DNA from: Candidatus Peregrinibacteria bacterium RIFCSPLOWO2_01_FULL_48_20
Lineage (GTDB): Bacteria > Patescibacteriota > Gracilibacteria > UBA1369 > 2-02-FULL-48-14
Length of the DNA: 28,194 bases
Direction of reading: 5' to 3'
NCBI GenBank assembly: GCA_001787475.1
Contig: MFXB01000065.1
Location: 1-28,194 of the forward strand
The notes beneath the pieces are model-generated. The model saw only the letters and a list, made by a program, of their open reading frames with translations. It was not told where the DNA came from and made no database searches. Numbering within the stretch: position 1 is the first letter of the stretch; every line of letters starts with the position of its first letter. A program made the translations under genes and the position numbers. Below are positions 16,792-23,981 of this stretch, piece after piece.

Positions 16792-17570
16792 TTTATTACT
16801 TTTAAGGGATTTTTTTCCGCGAGCTTGCGACGCACATAATCATACCCCTCTTTCTCCAAATGCGCAGCCAGCTCTTTCCCGCCACTCATCACAATTTTCC
16901 CGTCCATCATGATGTGAATATGGTCCGGCTTTAAATACTTCAGCATTCGTTCGTAGTGCGTCACCATTAACAAGCTTTGCTTTGATTTTTTCACTTCCTT
17001 AATGGCTCCGCAAATTGTTCTCAAAGCATCAATATCGAGTCCCGAGTCCGTTTCATCCAAAATCGCCAACTTTGGCTCGAGCAAAGCCATTTGCAAAATT
17101 TCCGCCTTCTTTTTTTCACCTCCGGAAAACCCCTCATTTGTCGCTCGATTCATAAATCCGTGCCCCAGCCCCACTAAATCCATTTTCTCTTTCAAAAGTT
17201 TCTTAAAATTATAGAGCGGCATGGGTTTGAATGACTTTTTTCGCGCCTTGTTCACGGCATTGTAAGCCGCTCGCAAAAACGAAACCAAATTCACCCCCGG
17301 AATTTCCTTGGGGTACTGAAACGCCAAAAACAGCCCCGCCACCGCTCGCTCCGCCGGGTTCATTTTCAAAAGATCTTTTCCCTCAAAACGGACTTTCCCG
17401 TGGGTCACTTTATATTTGGGATGTCCCATGAGCGTACTCGAAAGCGTACTCTTGCCACTTCCATTCGGGCCCATTATGGCATGAATTTCCCCCGGCTTGA
17501 CCAAGAGCGAAAGCCCTTTCACAATTTCCTTATCTCCCGCCGAAACTTGAAGATTTTGAATGTCGAGCAC
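16788..17570 (-). CDS. sufC: Fe-S assembly ATPase SufC (GTG start)
   Basis: Walker A GPNGSGKS, NEGFSGGEKKK and Walker B ILDETDSGLD. Confidence 0.97.
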   Translation of the reverse strand: MLDIQNLQVSAGDKEIVKGLSLLVKPGEIHAIMGPNGSGKSTLSSTLMGHPKYKVTHGKVRFEGKDLLKMNPAERAVAGLFLAFQYPKEIPGVNLVSFLRAAYNAVNKARKKSFKPMPLYNFKKLLKEKMDLVGLGHGFMNRATNEGFSGGEKKKAEILQMALLEPKLAILDETDSGLDIDALRTICGAIKEVKKSKQSLLMVTHYERMLKYLKPDHIHIMMDGKIVMSGGKELAAHLEKEGYDYVRRKLAEKNPLKVIK

Positions 17571-17671
17571 ATTTACAGATTACAGATTCCCACTCCAAGA
17601 AGCAATAATCTTTCTACTTGCCTTGTTAAACAGACTGTGCTTTACTAAAGCGTAATATATTCTATAATAAT

Positions 17672-18016
17672 ATGCACAGACCAAGCTCATTGCCAGTACA
17701 CAAGGCCCCTGAACGATGTACTTTTCTTCAAAATCCCGCAGAAACCCTAATAGAAAGACTCGGAAGATTGGATTTGCTTAAAGGTGCGAAACAATTGAAT
17801 CCGCAAGCACGTGAAGCCCTTCTTCCAATTTTGACGGCTCTGGATAACCCTAGCCTTGATGGTGATGGAAGGGAATTTCTTCTTGGAATGTTGGGAGATG
17901 AACTCAGTACTTTAGATCGAAGAATGCCCGATCCAATTGAAGACGGCCACTACGGTAAGAACATTCCCGATGATGCCCGCTATGATGCCTCCGATGCAGA
18001 GGCCACCGCCAAGTAA
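17672..18016 (+). CDS. Hypothetical protein (ORFan)
   Basis: 114-aa ORF divergent from sufC, preceded by an AT-rich promoter-like tract. Confidence 0.55.
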   Translation: MHRPSSLPVHKAPERCTFLQNPAETLIERLGRLDLLKGAKQLNPQAREALLPILTALDNPSLDGDGREFLLGMLGDELSTLDRRMPDPIEDGHYGKNIPDDARYDASDAEATAK

Positions 18017-18086
18017 CGCTTTCTTGCATTCACTTCTGATTCAAATTAAACTAATCCCGGCCTCAGGATTTATTCTTTCACATGTC

Positions 18087-18163
18087 GGGCCCGTAGCTCA
18101 GTTGGTTAGAGCAGGAGGCTCATAACTTCTTGGTCCTTGGTTCAAGTCCAAGCGGGCCCACCA
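18087..18163 (+). tRNA. tRNA with CAT anticodon, most likely tRNA-Ile2 (lysidine-modified)
   Basis: Cloverleaf GGGCCCG...CTCATAA...CGGGCCCACCA. G1-C72 excludes the initiator; C4-G69 and A73 fit Ile identity. Confidence 0.9.
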
Positions 18164-18171
18164 CACTGCAC
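18160..18171 (+). repeat. att-like direct repeat copy 1 (ACCACACTGCAC)
   Basis: Exact match to 20049-20060. Confidence 0.8.
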
Positions 18172-18246
18172 GAAGTGCAGCCTTCAAAAAGAAAGTACCA
18201 AAAGTTTACTAAGATATCCAAGGCTCACACGTTTTCTAGACCTGAT

Positions 18247-18552
18247 TTAGCCGGGGAGTTGAGTCGCAGCTACAGAACGTCGTACACGTTCTAAGCCATC
18301 AAAAACGGGCAAGCCAAGTTGCTGCATCGCTCTCGCCAGCTCGCGATCACTAGAAAACTCTTGAGGAACACGGTCACCTGCTGGCCATAACTCACGAACA
18401 ACGATGCCACGTCCCGCTTGAGTTCCCATTTTTCGTAAAAGTAGACTTGCCTGTCTTCTACCTCCTTGGCTATCTCCTAATATATGCAAACTCTGATGAG
18501 GGATACAATCATTTGAACGATCAGTCCATGCGCTTTCTTGTGATGCTTCCAT
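18247..18552 (-). CDS. Hypothetical protein (ORFan)
   Basis: 101-aa ORF with an AT-rich upstream region; no motif recognised. Confidence 0.4.
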   Translation of the reverse strand: MEASQESAWTDRSNDCIPHQSLHILGDSQGGRRQASLLLRKMGTQAGRGIVVRELWPAGDRVPQEFSSDRELARAMQQLGLPVFDGLERVRRSVAATQLPG

Positions 18553-18619
18553 AATAAAGATTAATTAAGGATTAGCGCTCATCATACACTGCTGGGGAGA
18601 TTGGTCAAGAGTAACTCTT

Positions 18620-18898
18620 ATCCAATACAAGATGGGCCTGAAGGAAGGCTGGCATTCCAATGCGGAATGGGCCTGAAACAGGAGACTGCACACGAAAGAG
18701 CGTGCGCAGTAGCATGGGACTATGAACATCATCATGCACTTCACACGCACACACACGTTAGCAGAGATGGAAGACTTCCTCAAAGGGTCTTCGCTCGTTG
18801 AGTTCTCAGCCCCAGACCCCAATGAATCTTATGAGTGGATTCAAAGTTTCATACAAAAACTGATGTCGAAGAACTGCATTTCAAGGACAAGGAACTGA
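18620..18898 (+). pseudogene. Truncated 5' end of an integrase-core (rve/IS481-like) transposase with probable left end
   Basis: 58-aa ORF 18722-18898 (MNIIMHFTRTHTLAEMEDFLKGSSLVEFSAPDPNESYEWIQ...) resembles, from memory, the N-terminus of a roughly 400-aa transposase family common in CPR genomes. Upstream ATGGGCCTGAA is duplicated (18632-18642, 18667-18677). Confidence 0.55.
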
Positions 18899-19021
18899 AT
18901 AAGAGTGCTACAAAATTGGCCAAGCTCCTCAATTAAAACCCACTTTTTCATAAATGTTGTCATCCGACACTAACGTCAGCATTTTCTTGCAAAAACTTTT
19001 CGCTCATGCCAGCATGAACGT

Positions 19022-20002
19022 ATGAAAAAAATGTCCAAAAATGCAGTGATCATCTATCAGTCCAAATCAGGTGGGATTGACCTGAAAGGTGATTTCAAAA
19101 AAGAAACCATATGGGCTACTCAAGCACAAATGGCCGCTATCTTTGATGTCAACCCTCAAGCGGTGACTAAACATTTACAATCGGTATACCAAGAAAAAGA
19201 ACTTTCAAAAAAGGCAACTTGTTCCAAAATGGAACAAGTTCGGAAAGAGGGGAGCAGAACTGTTAAACGTAGTTTAGAAATTTATAATTTGGATGTCATT
19301 ATATCTATTGGATACCGTATCAACTCACTTGCTGGGACGAAATTCCGTCAATGGGCCACAAAAACCATTCGTGAACACATCACTCAAGGTTATACCCTCA
19401 ACAAAAAACGAGTTGCTCAAAATCTCGACCAATTCTTAAAAGCAGTCAATGAAGTAAAGCTTCTACTTCCAGGAGATCAATCTGTGGATATGAGAAGCGT
19501 ATTAAGTTTAGTCACTACTTTCGCCAAAACCTGGCTGTCTCTTGAAGCATACGACTCAGCAAAACTACCCAAGTCAGGCTTGTCCAAAGAGGAAGTCATC
19601 TTCACGGCAGAAGAACTCACAGAGGCAATTCATATTCTTCGAAAAGATCTCATGTCAAAAAAAGACGCAACAGAACTCTTCGCAAATGAGCGAACTCATC
19701 ACGGTCTTCATGGCATCGTTGGGAATGTACTCCAGTCTTTTGGCGGAGAAGATCTTTATCCAACCGTGGAAGAAAAAGCCGTCCATCTACTTTATTTCAT
19801 GGTGAAAGACCACCCCTTTACAGATGGGAACAAACGGTCAGGGGCATTTGCTTTCGTCTGGTATCTGCAAAAATCAGGTCTTCTCAATCCGCTCCATATT
19901 ACACCAGAGACACTCACCGCTCTGACACTTTTGATTGCGGAAAGCCCCGCAAATGAAAAAGACCGAATGGTTGGCTTGGTTTTATTACTGCTCAGGAAGT
20001 GA
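19022..20002 (+). CDS. RhuM-family protein fused to a Fic/Doc domain
   Basis: ETIWATQAQMAAIF, YNLDVIISIGYRINS...FRQWAT (RhuM-like) and HPFTDGNKRSG (Fic/Doc motif). Confidence 0.92.
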   Translation: MKKMSKNAVIIYQSKSGGIDLKGDFKKETIWATQAQMAAIFDVNPQAVTKHLQSVYQEKELSKKATCSKMEQVRKEGSRTVKRSLEIYNLDVIISIGYRINSLAGTKFRQWATKTIREHITQGYTLNKKRVAQNLDQFLKAVNEVKLLLPGDQSVDMRSVLSLVTTFAKTWLSLEAYDSAKLPKSGLSKEEVIFTAEELTEAIHILRKDLMSKKDATELFANERTHHGLHGIVGNVLQSFGGEDLYPTVEEKAVHLLYFMVKDHPFTDGNKRSGAFAFVWYLQKSGLLNPLHITPETLTALTLLIAESPANEKDRMVGLVLLLLRK

Positions 20003-20048
20003 TTTTCCAATGTAAAACCACAAAAAATGCAGTAGAGGGACAAGTATG

Positions 20049-20060
20049 ACCACACTGCAC
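20049..20060 (+). repeat. att-like direct repeat copy 2 (ACCACACTGCAC)
   Basis: Exact match to 18160-18171. Confidence 0.8.
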
Positions 20061-20066
20061 AAGCCC

Positions 20067-20095
20067 TTTACTTTAAGCTTTTTTTATGGTATCAT
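20067..20095 (+). promoter_or_regulatory. Promoter TTTACT-17bp-TATCAT with extended TG, likely leaderless
   Basis: ATG at 20102, 6 nt after the -10. Confidence 0.6.
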
Positions 20096-20101
20096 ATTGC
20101 C

Positions 20102-20443
20102 ATGTTAGATGAATCTCCTCCGGAATCGGAAATGGTACAATACCCCGAAGACGAACCTTTGGCGGCTATTTTGCATGAAATTGGTCCCCGTAACTTTGAA
20201 AAGTTTGGAGAATGCCCGGAATTTCAAGCGTGGTGTGCACAACGTGAGGCTGAAGTTGAGGCAGCGGGTCGAAATGATGCCGCTCAAGTGGCTTTTGAAA
20301 TCCGCCGAGGTCTCCTCTTCTTAAGGGCGGGTTGTCTACACAATGCTCGAATCATCTGGGATGACGCCATGATGGTTGCCGAGGCATCGGGAGATCCAAC
20401 TCTTATCGATCAGCTTGAAAACCTTTTGAATACGCATCGTTGA
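20102..20443 (+). CDS. Hypothetical helical protein (ORFan, possibly a TPR-like hairpin)
   Basis: 113-aa ORF with its own promoter; the helical pattern is inferred only. Confidence 0.65.
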   Translation: MLDESPPESEMVQYPEDEPLAAILHEIGPRNFEKFGECPEFQAWCAQREAEVEAAGRNDAAQVAFEIRRGLLFLRAGCLHNARIIWDDAMMVAEASGDPTLIDQLENLLNTHR

Positions 20444-20500
20444 CTTTCAATAGTCTTTTAGCTTGATGCACGGAAAGGGATTCGTTAATGTACCGCCGAT

Positions 20501-20577
20501 GGGCCCATAGCTCAGTTGGCTAGAGCGCTTCCATGGCATGGAAGAGGTCGTCGGTTCGAACCCGATTGGGTCCACCA
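20501..20577 (+). tRNA. tRNA-Ala(GGC)
   Basis: Cloverleaf with anticodon arm CTTCC-ATGGCAT-GGAAG, the G3:U70 Ala determinant, A32-U38 and encoded CCA. Confidence 0.97.
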
Positions 20578-20613
20578 TTGACAAAATTCGATAAGGATGT
20601 ACCATGCACATAT

Positions 20614-20898
20614 ATGGAACATCCTGAAGATCTTCTCCAAAGGAGAATGAATGAAATGGGGATCACCCACGCGGATGTTTGTCGTTACGCAAATTACAAA
20701 GGAATTACTCGTACGGAACTTTCAGAGCATGATTATGACGTTGTAATCGCCCACGTCATAGGAGATTTTATGCAGCAAAGCGGTTATACGGGGGACATGG
20801 AACATTTGGGTATCGATTTTACTAATGTCGCCGTCGAATATCATGATTTGGTGGTGAGAGCAATAACCAGTCCTCGAGGGAGAATTGACAGAATTTAG
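20614..20898 (+). CDS. Hypothetical protein (ORFan)
   Basis: Start moved to ATG 20614 (MEHPEDLLQRR) because the listed start lies inside the tRNA; TTGACA-16bp-TACCAT upstream at 20578-20605. Confidence 0.6.
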   Translation: MEHPEDLLQRRMNEMGITHADVCRYANYKGITRTELSEHDYDVVIAHVIGDFMQQSGYTGDMEHLGIDFTNVAVEYHDLVVRAITSPRGRIDRI

Positions 20899-20935
20899 CT
20901 TTTAAGGCTGAATTTAAACCTTTACTAATCAACCC

Positions 20936-21220
20936 ATGATGGAAAGCGCTCCGGATGATGATGGTATAGAATCTGCAGTGATGCTCACAAATGCAATCAC
21001 CGCACTTTTAAAAGGTTCAAAAGACGAGGCGGAAAGGCTGCTTAACGGCTTACTGGAGGCTCGAGTTTTATGTGTTCGAAGAAGCGATGGCTCATCCAGT
21101 AGAGTTGAGTCCGTCAAAATAAATCCGGACAGCACTTTAACCGTAATCTTTACAGAGTGGGGAGAAGAGAAAGGCAAACGAATCCCCTTTTTGAATTTGC
21201 CTGATTTTTTATTCATCTGA
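20936..21220 (+). CDS. Hypothetical protein (ORFan)
   Basis: 94-aa ORF, co-oriented with its neighbours and 3 nt from the next ORF. Confidence 0.55.
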   Translation: MMESAPDDDGIESAVMLTNAITALLKGSKDEAERLLNGLLEARVLCVRRSDGSSSRVESVKINPDSTLTVIFTEWGEEKGKRIPFLNLPDFLFI

Positions 21221-21223
21221 TTT

Positions 21224-21718
21224 ATGACATTTAGACCAAAAGACACCCCTCTTTTACGACTCGTTGGAGATTTAGAAACACCGGAAGGCGAAGAAGACGA
21301 AATAGAATCGTCGGATGATCCCTACACCGAATTCAAAGACAGCATTCCTGAAAGTTTATACCGAGACGCTTTTTACCACGCCTGCAGCGTTGCTGGAGGG
21401 GATGAAGAACGTGCGGCGCCATTATTGGCTCTTGTTTTAACGGAACTTCTTCTCGATGAAGGCCAAGTGGAACATGAGATCGCATTAATCGCTTTGAAAC
21501 TGAATGAGCTGGATCATCCGACAGATTCAGGAATGGAAGAAGAAACAGCTCCACCCGATCCGAAATTTGTGCGACTTTTCGATCCTTCCGGAAGAGATGA
21601 AGATGGTGATGAAATACGTTACGAATCTTCAGAAGATCCGTTCGACCCCGAGAGTCCGAACGCTTTGTATCGTATTATGAAAGAATTGAATCAATTGGCT
21701 GCCGAGGAGTGGAAATAA
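21224..21718 (+). CDS. Hypothetical highly acidic protein
   Basis: 164-aa ORF, very D/E-rich. Confidence 0.65.
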   Translation: MTFRPKDTPLLRLVGDLETPEGEEDEIESSDDPYTEFKDSIPESLYRDAFYHACSVAGGDEERAAPLLALVLTELLLDEGQVEHEIALIALKLNELDHPTDSGMEEETAPPDPKFVRLFDPSGRDEDGDEIRYESSEDPFDPESPNALYRIMKELNQLAAEEWK

Positions 21719-21726
21719 CCAAACTT

Positions 21727-22434
21727 ATGTTTCAAGATTGGCTGAACAAACTGAGTATTCTTGTGATTGTCGTCATTGCTTTTGTGGATGGAATTTTGGT
21801 GGCCGGTCAGTGGAAGGAAACCAGCCCGAATTCGACCGCTTCCGAAGCCTTTTTACTCGAGAACATACTTGAGCAAAAAAATAGTTCAATTATACTTGAA
21901 ACTGTGACTTTTGAAGTGCCGCCTTTTACCAGCCAAGCTCCCTACGGCATTTGGGATGAGCCCTGGACTTATTTTGCGGAAGAAGCCTCGACGCTGATGG
22001 TCTCCGCTTGGGCAAAAAATGCAACTCTGGACGATTCCGGTTCCGCACTTTTGGAGCTTCGAAACTGGGAAACCGCCAATTTGGGAACTTTTAAAGACAC
22101 CGATCTCGATCAAACGCTTCGCGTGCTCAAAGAATATTTCAATGTACAGGCTGAAATTTCTTACGACGTCAGCAGGGAAGCTCTGCTTTCCGCTCTGGAT
22201 CAAGGGAAAATCCTGCTGGTTCCGGTGAACGGGCAGACCTTGGGTAATCCTAACTATGGGGAACCGGGCCCCGGGCACCACATGATCCTTGTTTACGGGT
22301 ACGAAGGCGAAATTTTCCTGACCAATGACCCCGGAACGGTCCGTGGGGAATCCTACCCTTATCCCATCGAAAAAATCCTGGGGGCTATTCAGGACTTAAA
22401 TGGGGAAGATCGAGTGATTGTGGCAACGCGCTAA
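21727..22434 (+). CDS. Peptidase C39-like family protein, membrane-anchored, catalytic Cys apparently replaced
   Basis: N-terminal hydrophobic helix; VPPFTSQAP...W...EEAS, LGNPNY, HMILVYGY and NDPGT motifs; ATG at 21727. Confidence 0.8.
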   Translation: MFQDWLNKLSILVIVVIAFVDGILVAGQWKETSPNSTASEAFLLENILEQKNSSIILETVTFEVPPFTSQAPYGIWDEPWTYFAEEASTLMVSAWAKNATLDDSGSALLELRNWETANLGTFKDTDLDQTLRVLKEYFNVQAEISYDVSREALLSALDQGKILLVPVNGQTLGNPNYGEPGPGHHMILVYGYEGEIFLTNDPGTVRGESYPYPIEKILGAIQDLNGEDRVIVATR

Positions 22435-22697
22435 ACCTTCTTGGCAGCCACTTTTTTAGCCAAACTCGCTTTTCGGCGTGCGGCCGTATTTTTTTCGAGA
22501 ATTTTCTTCTTGGCGGCGGTGTCAATAACCTTATAAGCGGCACTTAAAGCTTTCGCCATTTCCTCTTTTTTTCCACCTTTCACCGCGTCATTGAAGGTGC
22601 GAATTGCCTTTTTCAAAGCGGTTCGAGTGAGGTAGTTGCGTGCTTGACGGTGAATATCTTGTCGCGCTTTCTTCTTTGCTGATTTGATGATTGGCAT
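22431..22697 (-). CDS. rpsT: 30S ribosomal protein S20
   Basis: MPIIKSAKKKARQ...IDTAAKKKILEKNTAARRKASL; ATG at 22697. Confidence 0.96.
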   Translation of the reverse strand: MPIIKSAKKKARQDIHRQARNYLTRTALKKAIRTFNDAVKGGKKEEMAKALSAAYKVIDTAAKKKILEKNTAARRKASLAKKVAAKKV

Positions 22698-22743
22698 AGC
22701 TTTGCTATTATTAAAGCGCACTAGCGTGCGTGTTTGCCCGAAA

Positions 22744-22772
22744 AATATAGGGACTAAACCTTATCTTGTCAA
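22744..22772 (-). promoter_or_regulatory. rpsT promoter TTGACA-17bp-TATATT
   Basis: Perfect -35, near-perfect -10, 17-bp spacer. Confidence 0.8.
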
Positions 22773-22778
22773 AGGAAA

Positions 22779-23384
22779 ATGAAAAACCTCCTCATCCTGG
22801 CTTCCAAGAGTCCTCGCCGCATCGAATTGCTTCAGTCTCTTCAGATTGATTTTGAGGTGGATCCCGCCCTGGGATTTCAAGAGCTTGCACATTCAAGCCA
22901 GACGCCCGAAGCCCTTGTGGCAGAGAACGCCGTGGGTAAAGCCGAAGAGGTGGCCCGGCGCCATCCGGGGCGTTTGGTCTTAGGGGTGGACACAGTCGGC
23001 GTTTTTAAAGGGTTGATTTTGGAAAAACCCAAGGACAAAGAAGACGCTTTTCGAATGCTTTCGCTGCTTCAAGGCCATTCGCACGAAGTGCTCACGGGTC
23101 TTTGTCTCATCGGCCAAGGCAAAAAAATCACTCACGTCGAATCCACTCGCGTAACTTTTCTTTCCCTCAGCGAAAAGGAAATTCGCGCCTACATCAAAAC
23201 GGGGGAGCCCATGGATAAAGCGGCTTCCTACGCCGTGCAGGGTTACGGTTCACTTTTCGTTCAAAAAATCGAAGGCGATTATTTTAATGTGGTGGGCTTA
23301 CCGCTTTATCGGCTGAATCTTATGCTTCAGGAGTTTGACATCCACATCCTTCGCGACGTACACTCACCGAAGGTGAGCTTATAA
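22779..23384 (+). CDS. maf: Maf/YhdE nucleoside triphosphate pyrophosphatase
   Basis: ILASKSPRR, VLGVDTV, ILEKPKD, EPMDKAASYAVQG, GDYFNVVGLPL. Confidence 0.95.
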   Translation: MKNLLILASKSPRRIELLQSLQIDFEVDPALGFQELAHSSQTPEALVAENAVGKAEEVARRHPGRLVLGVDTVGVFKGLILEKPKDKEDAFRMLSLLQGHSHEVLTGLCLIGQGKKITHVESTRVTFLSLSEKEIRAYIKTGEPMDKAASYAVQGYGSLFVQKIEGDYFNVVGLPLYRLNLMLQEFDIHILRDVHSPKVSL

Positions 23385-23430
23385 AAGCGTCCCGTAAGGG
23401 ACACATTATTTTTACCCCTAACCCAACGCC

Positions 23431-23880
23431 ATGGGACACAAAGCTGGAAAAATCGCGCTTGGCCTCGGAATTTTAACCGGAGCCATAACCGGACTTCTTT
23501 TCGCGCCCGATGAAGGAAAGAACATCCGCAAAAAAATTGCCAAAGGCGACACCAAAGCCCTCTTGGGTGATTTGGAGGACATGGCTAACGAAATGAAAGA
23601 CATGGCCGTGGATTTTGTAAAAAGCCCCGGCGTTCAAGATCTTTTTGAAGGCGCCAAAGACAAAGTGGCCTCTGTGGCCAACATGAAGCGCGAAGAACTC
23701 GACTCCATGCTCCGCAAAGCCAATCGTAAAGCCGATCAATTCAAAAAGACCGTTTCCAAATACGTAAAAGAACAAAAAGCCATTTTGGATGAAAAAGTGG
23801 GCAAGGCCGTACCGGTGAAAAAATCAGCTGCTAAGAAAAAATCCACCCATAAAAAAGCTTCCAAGAAGAAGAGCAAGTAA
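23431..23880 (+). CDS. YtxH-domain protein with Lys-rich tail
   Basis: LGLGILTGAITGLLFAPDEGKNIRKKI N-terminus, a helical middle and a basic C-terminus. Confidence 0.85.
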   Translation: MGHKAGKIALGLGILTGAITGLLFAPDEGKNIRKKIAKGDTKALLGDLEDMANEMKDMAVDFVKSPGVQDLFEGAKDKVASVANMKREELDSMLRKANRKADQFKKTVSKYVKEQKAILDEKVGKAVPVKKSAAKKKSTHKKASKKKSK

Positions 23881-23913
23881 AGAATGATGACAAACATAAA
23901 AGTATTGTAAAAT

Positions 23914-23929
23914 TCCTGCCCGGGCAGGA
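23914..23929. repeat. Perfect 16-bp GC-rich palindrome TCCTGCCCGGGCAGGA
   Basis: Self-complementary; lies between convergent genes and may act as a terminator stem or dispersed repeat. Confidence 0.8.
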
Positions 23930-23981
23930 GGCGGAGAACAATATTTGCTTTTGTCTATTTGAACACTCGGCAGAATAAACT

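Larger units (their letters stand above)
18160..20060. mobile_element. Degenerate genomic islet at the tRNA-Ile2 3' end, bounded by a 12-bp direct repeat
   Basis: ACCACACTGCAC at 18160-18171 (includes the tRNA ACCA end) and again at 20049-20060. Cargo is accessory and AT-richer. No integrase seen. Confidence 0.6.

Noticed and set aside
17574-17587. TACAGAT tandem duplication upstream of sufC
   Set aside because: Only two copies of a 7-mer; too weak to interpret.
18087-18163. Initiator or elongator tRNA-Met
   Set aside because: G1-C72 pairing and lack of three consecutive G-C anticodon-stem pairs exclude fMet; C4-G69 and the GGGCCC acceptor favour Ile2. Elongator Met cannot be fully excluded.
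20533-20613. N-terminal extension of ORF 20533-20898
   Set aside because: Overlaps tRNA-Ala and a downstream promoter; ATG 20614 is preferred.
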